Shown: positions 12,418 to 21,385 of the stretch, piece by piece
Layout of the letters: each line of letters begins with the position of its first letter
Position numbering within the stretch: the first letter of the stretch is position 1
Source of the DNA: an uncultured Chloroflexia bacterium
GTDB taxonomy: Bacteria > Chloroflexota > Anaerolineae > CG2-30-64-16
Reading direction: 5' to 3'
Length of the DNA: 64,000 nucleotides
Assembly (NCBI GenBank): GCA_963810095.1
Contig: CAWEMM010000006.1
Location: forward strand, 1,024,001-1,088,000
The notes under the pieces: generated by a model
The model's database searches: none
What the model saw: only the letters and a program-made list of their open reading frames with translations
Told to the model about the DNA's origin: nothing
Program-made: the position numbers and the translations under genes

Positions 12418-14176
12418 ATGAGCGCGGACAATAACCGCTCGCGATCCAACCGGCGCAGCGGCCAGCCCACCCCGCAGCGCGGCATCGCCGTCGCGGCCGC
12501 GTTGGCCGGCGTCGTGCTCTTGTGCATCTGCGTGTCGATCGTCCTGATACTCTTCCCGACCAAGCGCACGAGCACACCCGGGGCCGAAGCACCCCAGCCG
12601 GATGCCAAGAATCCGACCTTGGTCATCGCACACTCGCCCGAGAAGGCGGCGCTGATCAAGACACTCAGCGACGGGTTCAACGCGCAGCGCCAACGCACGC
12701 CCGATGGCCAGACGATGGCGATCCGCCTGCTCGAAATGACGCCGGAGGAGATGGTCAACCGCACGCTGGCCGGCGAAAGCGGCTTCCAGGCCATCACGCC
12801 CGACTCGTCGCTCTGGCTCGACCAACTAAATCGCCGGTGGGCGCAGAACCAGCCCGCGCCGGCTTCGGGCGGCGCCATTGCTCAAAGCCTGACCGGCGAG
12901 CCCGTGCGCTACGCGATCAGCCCGATCGTGATTGCGGCCTGGGAAGATGTGGCGCGCGGGCTCGGCTGGCCGGACCAACCGGTGAGCTGGAGCACGCTTG
13001 CAGAGCCGGGCGCAGAGCGACCCGAATTTCCGCTGGAGCCACCCGAGCACCGCGTACGCCAGCGGCCTCCTGGCGACCCTCGCCGAGTTCTATGCCGGCG
13101 CAGGGGTCCAGCGGGGCTTGACCGCCGACATGGCACAGGATCAGAAGACCGTCGACTACGTCAGCGCGATCGAGAAGACGGTCAAGTACTATGGCGAGGC
13201 CGAGCTGGCGGTGATGCAGCGGATCAGCCAGGACCGCAAGGCGCTCGACGCGTTCGTCGTCTCCGAGCAGCTCGTAACCGCCTTCAATACGGGCAAGTTC
13301 GGCAACCAGGCCGACAAATTGGTCGCACTCTACCCGGCCGAAGGCACCTTCTGGGCCGACCACCCGCTCGCGCTGCTCGAGACGCCCGCGCTCACCGATA
13401 ACCAGCGGCGGACGTTCCAGGCCTTCCGCGAGTACCTGGCCAGCCCGGAAAGCCAGAAGCAGGTGCTCCAGGCCGGCTACCGGCCGGCAGACCTGGGCCT
13501 CTCGCTTACCGGCGAAGGGTCGCCGCTGACGGCGGCAAACGGCGTCGACCCGAAACAGCCGCAAACGACGCTGCAACTGCCGGCCGCAGACGTCGTCCAG
13601 GTCGTCCAGAATGTGTGGGCCCTGACCAAGCGGAAGACCAACGTATTCCTGGTGGTCGACACGTCCGGATCGATGCAGGGCAGCAAGCTCGACGGCGCAA
13701 AGTCGGCCCTGCGCACCTTCCTGCAGCAGATCCCCAGCGACCAGGAGAAGGTCGGCCTCGTCGAATTCAACACGGGGATTGCCAACATTATCGAGCTGGA
13801 CACACTGGCCAACAACCGCGCGACGCTGAACGGGACGGTGGACGGCCTGCGGGCGAACGGCAACACCGCACTGCTCGATGCGGTCCGCACTGCCTATAAC
13901 CGGCTGCAGCAAACGGGCGATCCGGAGCGTATCAACGCCATCGTCGCCATGACGGACGGCCGCGAGAATGCCTCGATGGTGAGCCTGCGCCAACTCGTCG
14001 ACGAAATCCGCCAGGGCAACCAGAACGTGCCCGTGGTGATCTTCTGCATCGCATACGGCAAGGACGCCGATTACGAGGTGTTGCAGGCGATTGCGAATGC
14101 AAGCGGCGGCCAGGTGCGCGAAGGGAACGAAGAGACCATTCGTGAGCTGTACAAGATCCTTTCGAGCTACTTCTGA
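12418..14176 (+). CDS. Solute-binding domain plus von Willebrand factor A domain protein (apparent frameshift near 12998)
   Basis: N-terminal TM; PDSSLWL, SPIVIA, YPAEGTFWADHP; vWA MIDAS DTSGS, GNTAL, MTDGREN; one extra base at ACGCTTGCAG joins ORFs 12418-13401 and 12998-14176. Confidence 0.85.
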
Positions 14177-15069
14177 TGACTGAATCAGTTCGCGATCGCC
14201 TCGAAAAGGACGTCGGCAAGGCGCTTTTGCGCAACGCGGTCTTCGGCTGGGAGAGCGCAGTGATGGTCGGCGGTACGGTGGCTGCGGCCGCCCTTCTGCC
14301 GAACGTGATTCCGATTATTCCCTGGTTCCTGTGGGTGCTGGTCGGCATCGTCGGCGAGACCGCGGTAATCATCACCCGGCTAACAGACAAGGCCGAGCAG
14401 CAGAAGGCGCTCGAGGGCCTGTTCCGGGAGAAGTACAGCATCTCCGGCATCCGTGACCGCAATCTGCAGGAGAAGCTCAAGGAAGCGGAGCAGTACCGCC
14501 AGCGGATTCAAGCCGTGGTCGACCAGCACAGAGAAGGCGTGCTCCGTGACCGGCTCAAGCGCACCACCGACCAGGTCTACGACTGGATCGCCAACATGGT
14601 CACCCTGGCCCGGCGCCTCGACGTGTACCGCTCGGACCCGATCCTGAGGCGCGACCTGGAGCATGTGCCGCGGGAGGTGGAGCGGCTTAAGGCCCGGCTG
14701 TCAGTGGAGCGTGACCCGCGGGTCCGCGAGCAGCTGAACACGACGCTCGACTCGAACCAGCAGCAGATTCAGTCGCTTAGCGAGCTGCGGGGCCGCATGG
14801 ACCGGGCCGATCTGCAGCTCGATCATTCGCTGGCGGCGCTAGGGACCGTCTACTCGCAGCTGCTCCTGATCGGCACCAACGAGGTCGACTCGGACCGCGC
14901 AGACCAGCTACGGGACGACATTCGTGGCGAAGTCCTCGCCTTGAAGGACATCGTCGACTCGCTGAACGAAGTCTACGACGCGACGTCGGCCGCGTCGCAG
15001 ACGGCGCTGTCGCCGGAACAGACCGAGGCCGCCCGGCGCCTGCAAAAAACGGATCGCGCAGACAGGTAA
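14176..15069 (+). CDS. Hypothetical protein with N-terminal TM hairpin and long coiled coil (PspM/XpaC-like architecture)
   Basis: Hydrophobic residues ~22-66, then charged heptad-rich helices; TGATG coupling to the vWA gene. Confidence 0.7.
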   Translation: MTESVRDRLEKDVGKALLRNAVFGWESAVMVGGTVAAAALLPNVIPIIPWFLWVLVGIVGETAVIITRLTDKAEQQKALEGLFREKYSISGIRDRNLQEKLKEAEQYRQRIQAVVDQHREGVLRDRLKRTTDQVYDWIANMVTLARRLDVYRSDPILRRDLEHVPREVERLKARLSVERDPRVREQLNTTLDSNQQQIQSLSELRGRMDRADLQLDHSLAALGTVYSQLLLIGTNEVDSDRADQLRDDIRGEVLALKDIVDSLNEVYDATSAASQTALSPEQTEAARRLQKTDRADR

Positions 15070-15078
15070 GGACTGAAT

Positions 15079-15134
15079 AACACAAAGCCACAAAGACACG
15101 CAGACAAAGCAGGGTGTCGTTGTGTCTTTGTGTT
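15079..15134. repeat. REP-like palindrome, family A
   Basis: AACACAAAGCCACAAAGACAC...TTGTGTCTTTGTGTT. Confidence 0.75.
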
Positions 15135-15146
15135 GAAGGAGCATCC

Positions 15147-16295
15147 ATGAGGCACACGATTCTCGCTGTTGCTCTGGTAATCATTGCCGTGATCGTCGCG
15201 GCCTGCGGCGGCGGAGGAGCGGCCGCGCCGACAAAGGGCGACGCGACCGTTTACGTCGCCGGCCCGCTGTCGGGATTCCAGGCCAATACCGGCCAGACGG
15301 TCGCCGGCGGCGTCCGCCTGATGGCCGAGCAGTTGAACCGGTCGGGCGGATTGTTGGGTTACAAGGTCAAGGTGGTTGCACTCGACGACGAGGCGGACTC
15401 GGATGTGGCGCTGACCGTTGCGGGCAAAATCAAGGACGCGGTGGACAGCGGCGAAAAGGTCGTCGGGATCATCGGGCATCCGAATTCCGGCCAGACCGAG
15501 GCCGCGATGGGGGTGTACAAGGACCTGAATGTGGTCGTCATCACGCCCACGGCGTCTGAAGTCTCGCTGACGAAGCAAGGGTACCGCAACTTCTTCCGGG
15601 TCAACGCGGCGAACGATCTGCAGGCCAAGACCGGCGCGGAATACCTGGTCAACAAGCTGGGTGCAAAGAAGATCGCAGTGCTCTTCAACGACGACACATA
15701 CGGCAAGGACCTGGGTCAGCGGGTGGCCGACGATCTCAAGGGGCTCGGCGCGGACGTGCCTGTGTCGCTGCAGGTCAAGGTCGAGCAGAACCGCTTTCCC
15801 GACGAGGTCGCCAAGGTCAAGCAGGCGGGCGTCGACGCCATCTATTACGCGGGTTACGAGGTCGAGTGCCCGTACCTGCGCGCCGACCTGCGCGATGCGG
15901 GCCTCAGCAACCTGACGTTTATGGCCTCCGACGGCTGCTTCCTGGCGGCCACCATCGACAACTCGGATGGCGCCGCCGAAGGCATGTACGTGACGGGCTT
16001 CGCGCCCAGCCCGAAGACCTCCGTCGACCAGCAGTGGGTGTCGGCATACCAGGCCGTCGAGTTCCGCAATCCTGACACGTATTCCGTCAATGGCTACAGC
16101 GCCATGCAAGTGCTGGCCGAGGGCATCAAGAAGGCCGGCTCGCTGGACGGCCGCAAGATCGAGGACGCCATTCGCCAACTTGATATCAAGACCCCACTGG
16201 GCGAAGTGCAGTACCAGGACAACGGCGACTTGAAGGCCGCCCAGATTTACATCTTCCAGGTGAAGGACGGGCAGTTCACTCAGGTGGCGCCGTAG
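15147..16295 (+). CDS. Branched-chain amino acid ABC-type substrate-binding lipoprotein (LivJ/LivK family), orphan
   Basis: Lipobox VAAC; VAGPLSG, GGLLG, LDDEAD, IIGHPNSG, FFRVNAAND, DDTYGK; AAGGAG RBS. Confidence 0.9.
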   Translation: MRHTILAVALVIIAVIVAACGGGGAAAPTKGDATVYVAGPLSGFQANTGQTVAGGVRLMAEQLNRSGGLLGYKVKVVALDDEADSDVALTVAGKIKDAVDSGEKVVGIIGHPNSGQTEAAMGVYKDLNVVVITPTASEVSLTKQGYRNFFRVNAANDLQAKTGAEYLVNKLGAKKIAVLFNDDTYGKDLGQRVADDLKGLGADVPVSLQVKVEQNRFPDEVAKVKQAGVDAIYYAGYEVECPYLRADLRDAGLSNLTFMASDGCFLAATIDNSDGAAEGMYVTGFAPSPKTSVDQQWVSAYQAVEFRNPDTYSVNGYSAMQVLAEGIKKAGSLDGRKIEDAIRQLDIKTPLGEVQYQDNGDLKAAQIYIFQVKDGQFTQVAP

Positions 16296-16312
16296 TCAAC
16301 CGCGCTCGAAGC

Positions 16313-16359
16313 GTGTAAAAAGGCAAGCCCACGCAGTGCGTCGGCTTGCCTTTTTACAC
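16313..16359. terminator. Terminator hairpin ending the pspA-livJ transcription unit
   Basis: GTGTAAAAAGGCAAGCC...GGCTTGCCTTTTTACAC perfect inverted repeat with T-tracts on both strands. Confidence 0.85.
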
Positions 16360-16390
16360 TTAGAAAATACTACCTGCTATACTGTCTCGC

Positions 16391-17669
16391 ATGACCGACA
16401 ACAACTACACTCTACTGGCTGTGTTTGCCCACCCCGACGACGAAATCGGCGCGGGATCGACGTTCGCCCACTACAGCGACGCGGGCGTGCGGATTGTGCT
16501 GGCGTGCGCGACGCGCGGGGAAGCGGCGACCATCTTCTGCGAGGACTGCGCCACCCCCGAGACGCTCGCGGACGTCCGCACGATTGAGCTGCAGTGCGCC
16601 TGCGACCACCTGGGCATCCAGGAGCTGCGCTGGCTCGACTGGCCGGACGGCGGGATCAAAGACCTGCCGCGAGCCGAGGCGGTGCGCCAGGTCGTCGAGC
16701 TGATTCGCGACGTGCATCCTACTATCGTCGTGACCCACCCCGCGAACGGCCTCTACCCGCATCCCGATCACCTCGCCGTCTGGGAGATCGTGCGAACGGC
16801 GTTCGACGCAGCGGGCGACGAGCAGCAGTATGGAGATGCGGGCCCCGCCTGGAAGCCGCTGCGGCTTTTCACGCGGGCCATGCCCCAGAGCCTCTTCGAG
16901 CGCGCGCCAGGGCTGCAAGAGTTCAGGGTCGAGTTGAACGGCGAGCTGCTGCCATTCATGGGCACGCCCGACGACGAGATCGACGTCACCATGCACGTGG
17001 GCCCCACGGTCGCCCGGCGCATGGCTGCGTGGGCTTGCCACCGCTCACAGCATAACCCGAAGGGCTTTTCGACGGTCATGCCCGACGGTCTGCGTGAGGA
17101 GATGGCGGCGAACGAGCAGTTCTTGCTGGCGACCGGCGCACCGCTGCCTGCGGGCACCAGCGACGATCTCTTCGCCGGTCTCGAAGAAGGCGACACCTAC
17201 TTGGTCGGCAGCGCCGGCGCAGCCCCCGACGCCGCGCCTGCCGAGCAAACGGAAGAGGCGTCTCCAGTCTCGCCGGCCTACCTCAGGCTGGTCCTCGCGG
17301 AGCTCACGCGGCATATCACGTTGTCCGAGGCGCTCAAGCTCTACCAGCACAACCCCCAGGAAGCCAAGCAGAGCAGCCTGTACCACCAACTGGCCGGCAC
17401 GGAGCAGGAAATCCTCTATCGCCTGGCGCGCACGCTGCGGCGGCTGGACGCGGGCGCGGGCAAGATCGAGCCGGATCCGGCCATCATGCGCGAGGCGCGG
17501 CGGCGCAACCGGCCCGAGCCGCGGCGCGAGTTCCTGCTAAACCGCATGGAGGTGGCGTACGGGCGCCTGCAAGACAACGGACGCAGCGCGACGGTCGCCG
17601 AAGAGCGCGAGGCGTGGGATGAGCTGGCCGCGCTGGCGCGGCGGATCGGTCGAGCTGCTGAAAGAGTAA
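16391..17669 (+). CDS. PIG-L/MshB/BshB-family N-deacetylase with C-terminal helical extension (true stop probably 17669 after a 1-nt indel; ORF track reads to 17743)
   Basis: FAHPDDE, ATRGE, R..EL..A...LG, WPDG, HPDH, CHRSQ motifs; extended -10 TGcTATACT 7 nt before ATG. Confidence 0.85.
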
Positions 17670-17800
17670 GACCGCGTAAAACAAACCCGGCCCTGCATCA
17701 AGGCTTGCCTTGCCTGCAGAACCGGGTTGTCCCGCCTGGGTAAATGACCGGGCTCGCGTCGCCGGGGGAACTGCGGCGCGAGGCCCGGCCCGTGATATCG

Positions 17801-19627
17801 CTAGATGATCTCCAGTTCCTTCAGCTTGCTCTCGGGCACCACGCCGTCGACCCAGCCGCGCTCCGTGTAGTACTCGGCCTTCATCTCGTCCAGCTCACAC
17901 ACCTGGCCCTTCGAACCGCCGAAGGTCGACGGCTCGGTCAGGAAGCGCGCCGGCAGGCTGTCATCCTTCCCGGTGAAGCCGTTCAGGTTATTGTAGTACC
18001 GCTCGAGGTTATACACCCGCTCGCCCACCTGGAAGAGGTAGTCGGCCGTGCAGGGCGCGCCGGTGATGGCCGCAAACTGCGCCGCGAAGCCGTCCATCGA
18101 CTCGGAGAAGGTGGCGAACTTGCAGATGTCCAGGCAGTCGGTAACGGCGTGGACATTCTGGAAGATCATGATCAGCTTGCCCTTGCCCTTGTAGGCCAGC
18201 GGATCGACGACGTCGGTGGGACCGAGCACGTTGCCGGCCACTTCGGCCGCCGGCGTGTAACCGCGCAGGTGACACGCGCCGCGATTCGAGGTGGCATAGC
18301 CGATGCCCATGCCCTTGATGCCGCGCGGGTCATAGGCGGGGATGCCCTGGTCTTTCACCGCCATGGCGAGCTCCGGATGGCCGAGCTTCTTCGCGGCCTT
18401 GCCTGTGCCCTCTGCCAGGATGTCGCCGATCCCTTCGCGGAACGCCACCTTGCGCCCCATCTCGACCATGGCATGTGTGTCGCCCCAGGCGAGCGGCTCC
18501 GCTGCATAGCCGCACTCGGAGTACTCCATGTACATTGCCAGCACGGTGCCGATTTCGATCGCGTCGTAGCCGTAGTCATTCGCCCGGTCGATCATGTACG
18601 CCACCGACGCAATGTCGTCGTTCCCGCAGAACGCGCCCACAGACCAGGCCGGCTCGTACTCCACGCTCTCCATCCGCACCTTGAACGGGCCTTCCGTGAC
18701 CTCGACCTCTTTCTTGCAGGCCACAGGGCAGGCGTGACACGTGGGGTCTTCCACCAGGATCGTCGCCTTCACGTGCTCGCCCGACAGCAGTTCCGCACGG
18801 TCGCCAAACGAAGTGATCTGGCCGTTGCGCGTGGGCAGTCCGCCCATGCTGCTCGTGATGTTCATCAGCACGTTCGTGCCATAAACCGACAGCCCGCCCT
18901 TGCGCGGCGAGGTCAACACTCGCTCGTCAGAGAGCTGCGCCAGGGCCACTTTCTGTGCTTCCCGGAATGCTTCCCGATCTACGGGCCGCGGCCGGTCGGC
19001 ATGCTTGCCCTTGATGACGATGGCCTTCAGGTTCTTGCTGCCGGCCACTGCGCCGGTGCCGCCGCGACCCGACGAGCGGTCGTTCTCGTTCATCCAGCAG
19101 GCGAACTTCACTAGGTTCTCGCCCGCCGGCCCGATGCAGATGATGCTCACGTCCTTCTCGCCGTGCCGCGCCTGCAGCGTCTTGATGGTCTGGTGCACGC
19201 CCATGCCCCACAGGTCTGTCGCGGGCTGGAACGTGATCTCGTTGTTTTCCACGATCGCGTACACCGGTTCGGGCGCCTTGCCCTTGAACACGATGCCATC
19301 CAGCCCGGCCCACTTCAGCCGTGCGCCCGACCACCCGCCGTGATGCGAGTCGGTCACCGTGCCGGTCAGCGGCGACTTGGTCACAAACGCAATGCGGCCG
19401 CTCAGGTTGACATCGGTGCCGCTGAGCGGTCCCGTCATCAGGGCCAGGATGTTCTCCGGAGAGAGCGGATCGACCAGCGGGCCGTTGTCAAACACGTACT
19501 TCACGCCCAAGCCGCGCGCACCCACGTACAGCCGCGCGTCTTCGTCCGCAATGGGCTTGTATTCGACCGCACCGTCGGTCAGGTCGACCCAAGCCACCCG
19601 ATTCTTATAACCACCCAAGTTCATCAT
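17801..19627 (-). CDS. aor: Aldehyde:ferredoxin oxidoreductase (W/Mo-pterin AOR family)
   Basis: KSPLTG..DSH.GG, IGPAGEN, GRGGTGAV.GSKNLKAI, CHACPVAC, EYE, YATSNRGACH; GGAGGTG RBS. Confidence 0.95.
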   Translation of the reverse strand: MMNLGGYKNRVAWVDLTDGAVEYKPIADEDARLYVGARGLGVKYVFDNGPLVDPLSPENILALMTGPLSGTDVNLSGRIAFVTKSPLTGTVTDSHHGGWSGARLKWAGLDGIVFKGKAPEPVYAIVENNEITFQPATDLWGMGVHQTIKTLQARHGEKDVSIICIGPAGENLVKFACWMNENDRSSGRGGTGAVAGSKNLKAIVIKGKHADRPRPVDREAFREAQKVALAQLSDERVLTSPRKGGLSVYGTNVLMNITSSMGGLPTRNGQITSFGDRAELLSGEHVKATILVEDPTCHACPVACKKEVEVTEGPFKVRMESVEYEPAWSVGAFCGNDDIASVAYMIDRANDYGYDAIEIGTVLAMYMEYSECGYAAEPLAWGDTHAMVEMGRKVAFREGIGDILAEGTGKAAKKLGHPELAMAVKDQGIPAYDPRGIKGMGIGYATSNRGACHLRGYTPAAEVAGNVLGPTDVVDPLAYKGKGKLIMIFQNVHAVTDCLDICKFATFSESMDGFAAQFAAITGAPCTADYLFQVGERVYNLERYYNNLNGFTGKDDSLPARFLTEPSTFGGSKGQVCELDEMKAEYYTERGWVDGVVPESKLKELEII

Positions 19628-19654
19628 TCACCTCCATGTGATAGGGTAATAGGC

Positions 19655-19703
19655 AACAAAAAGCCGGGGACCGCTATGCGAGATTCACATAGCGGTCCCC
19701 GGC
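19655..19703 (-). terminator. Intrinsic terminator in the aor 5' leader (putative attenuator)
   Basis: 16-bp perfect stem GCCGGGGACCGCTATG/CATAGCGGTCCCCGGC plus TTTTTGTT, ending ~30 nt before the aor start. Confidence 0.8.
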
Positions 19704-19866
19704 GTGCTCAACGACCTGAGGAGTCTTGCCAACGCGACGGCTGGCGATTCCCCGGCCCGGCGGCTGTTGGCGCGGGAACGGGAGCGGATGTCTCATTCAG
19801 AAATGTTCGGGCGACACCAAAAGACGTAAGGTACCGTGAATAACGTAAAGGGGCTTACAATCTGCA

Positions 19867-19895
19867 ATTATAACGGCCGCATTCTGGTCGCGCAA
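19867..19895 (-). promoter_or_regulatory. Sigma70-type promoter for aor
   Basis: TTGCGC-N17-TATAAT on the minus strand; CGTTAT (ModE-box-like half-site) overlaps the -10. Confidence 0.65.
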
Positions 19896-19940
19896 ATCCG
19901 GAAAGGGGGGCTGCACCTCGGCGATTGGACGGCTAAGAAC

Positions 19941-20300
19941 TCACACCGGCGGAAAGTGGCGGTCGAACTCGCTCTGCAGGGCATCGTCGAGCGCGGCGGC
20001 GAAGGCGTTAAAGCGGGCGATCAAGTCGCGGCCGAAAGCCGTGACGCTGGCCCCGCCGCCATGCGTGCCACCCACGTGACGCTCCACCAGGCGCGCACCG
20101 AGCCCTTCTTCCATTTCGTCCAGCCTCTCCCAGGCGAGACGGTACTGGACGCCGAGGCGCTCCGCGGCCGCGCTGATCGATCCGGTCGCCTCGATGGCTT
20201 CCAAGAGCTGGACCCGCCAGCGGCTCAAGACTACGCGCTGGTTGCGCTCGATCCACAAGTTGGCGTGGGGCGCCAGCGCGGTAACTGGCTCGTCAATCAT
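19941..20300 (-). CDS. ModE N-terminal-type winged-helix regulator lacking molybdate-binding (TOBE) domains
   Basis: LLEAIEATGSISAAAERLGVQYRLAW..L..ME..LG..LVER.VGG..GGGA.VT. Confidence 0.88.
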   Translation of the reverse strand: MIDEPVTALAPHANLWIERNQRVVLSRWRVQLLEAIEATGSISAAAERLGVQYRLAWERLDEMEEGLGARLVERHVGGTHGGGASVTAFGRDLIARFNAFAAALDDALQSEFDRHFPPV

Positions 20301-20359
20301 GCTGCACCTTCATTCTTGCTACAGCTTCATTCATACTGCACTTTCATTTATCCTGCACG

Positions 20360-20388
20360 TTGACCCACTTTTACCGGCATGCTAGAAT
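20360..20388 (+). promoter_or_regulatory. Sigma70-type promoter for the disulfide oxidoreductase gene
   Basis: TTGACC-N17-TAGAAT with extended -10 TG. Confidence 0.65.
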
Positions 20389-20542
20389 TCGCGCAAGTCG
20401 GTGGGGGGTCGCGGAGAGACACGGTAACGCGACCCGTTTCCATAGAGTGTAACCCCGCTGCGAGAACTGAATCTAAACGCAGGCCGGCCGCGCGCGGTGC
20501 GTCGATGCTGCGTGGGCCGTTTCAGAGAGGAGGGTCTCGGAT

Positions 20543-21184
20543 ATGGCATTATTGAACGCGCAGATCCGAAAAGACGTGCAGTCTGCGCTGTCAGACGTGG
20601 AGCAGCCCGTCGTGTTCAAAGTCTTCACGCAGGAACTCGAGTGCCAGTATTGCAAGGAAACGCGCGAGCTGGTCGAGGAAGTCGCCTCGCTGTCCGATAA
20701 GCTGTCGGTCGAGGTCTACGACCTGGTGAAGGATGCGGCCATTGCGGAGAGCCTGGGTGTGGACAAGGCGCCCGCCGTTGCCGTCGTGGGCAAAAAAGAC
20801 TACGGCATCCGCATGTTCGGCATCCCGTCGGGCTACGAGTTCGGCAGCCTGATCGAAAGCATCAAGCTCGTCTCCGAAGGCGAGTCTGGGCTTTCGGCGG
20901 AGACGAAGAAGCAAGTCGCCAAGCTGACCAAGCCGGTCAAAATCCAGGTATTCATCACCCCCACCTGACCGTACTGCCCGCGAGCCGTGCTGCTCGCGTA
21001 CCAGCTGGCGCTGGAAAGCGACCTGATCCAGGCGCACATGGTAGAAGTGATCGAGTTCCCCCACCTGGGCACCCAGTATAATGTGATGGGCGTACCGCGC
21101 ACCGTCATTGACGAGACGATCCACATCGAGGGCGCGGTGCCCGAGCCGATGCTGATGCGCGAGTTCCAGAAGTTGCTACAGTAG
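20543..21184 (+). CDS. Protein disulfide oxidoreductase (two thioredoxin folds, PDO/AhpF-NTD-like); predicted selenoprotein with Sec at TGA 20966-20968
   Basis: CQYC in first fold; FITPT-TGA-PYC gives UPYC in second fold; the frame continues to EFPHL..YNVMGVP..EGAVPE. Confidence 0.88.
20969..21001 (+). promoter_or_regulatory. Putative bacterial SECIS element
   Basis: CGCGAGC-cgtgct-GCTCGCG hairpin whose loop starts 17 nt after the TGA; G at loop position 2; GTAC/GTAC lower stem. Confidence 0.7.
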
Positions 21185-21194
21185 CACACGGCTC

Positions 21195-21240
21195 CCTCCG
21201 AGGTCTGGACCCGTGGGTAAAGCTCGGGCCACCTCGGAGG
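21195..21240. repeat. REP-like palindrome, family C (CCTCCGAGGT/ACCTCGGAGG)
   Basis: Inverted arms shared with 37150-37182. Confidence 0.65.
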
Positions 21241-21276
21241 TGCCGGCTGCGAGTAGGTGTATTGTAAGCGAGCTTT

Positions 21277-21312
21277 TTGACGCGCCGGGTCACCTGTCCT
21301 ATAGTTGTACAA
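21277..21312 (+). promoter_or_regulatory. Sigma70-type promoter for citrate synthase
   Basis: TTGACG-N17-TATAGT followed by a TTGTACAA palindrome at the presumed start site. Confidence 0.65.
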
Positions 21313-21385
21313 TCAATTCGTCTCCCAACAGCGCAAAGTGAAACCTCGAGGCTTTCAGAAGCCCTAATACCAGCAGGAGGGTGCA

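Noticed and set aside
7979-15069. Avs/STAND anti-phage defence system
   Set aside because: The NTPase carries a DNA-binding winged helix with no nuclease, TIR or Sir2 effector and no TPR sensor, and it sits in core-genome context beside secA; a defence role is not supported, though not excluded
19826-19850. T-box riboswitch (GGTACCGTG)
   Set aside because: Lacks the GGTGG core, lies on the strand opposite aor, and no amino-acid gene follows
19700-19860. Known Moco, glycine, c-di-AMP or cobalamin riboswitch
   Set aside because: Only short fragments (CTCAGG, CTGAAT, GGGGAATC) resemble consensus pieces; no full motif is recognisable by eye, so it is kept as an unknown attenuator
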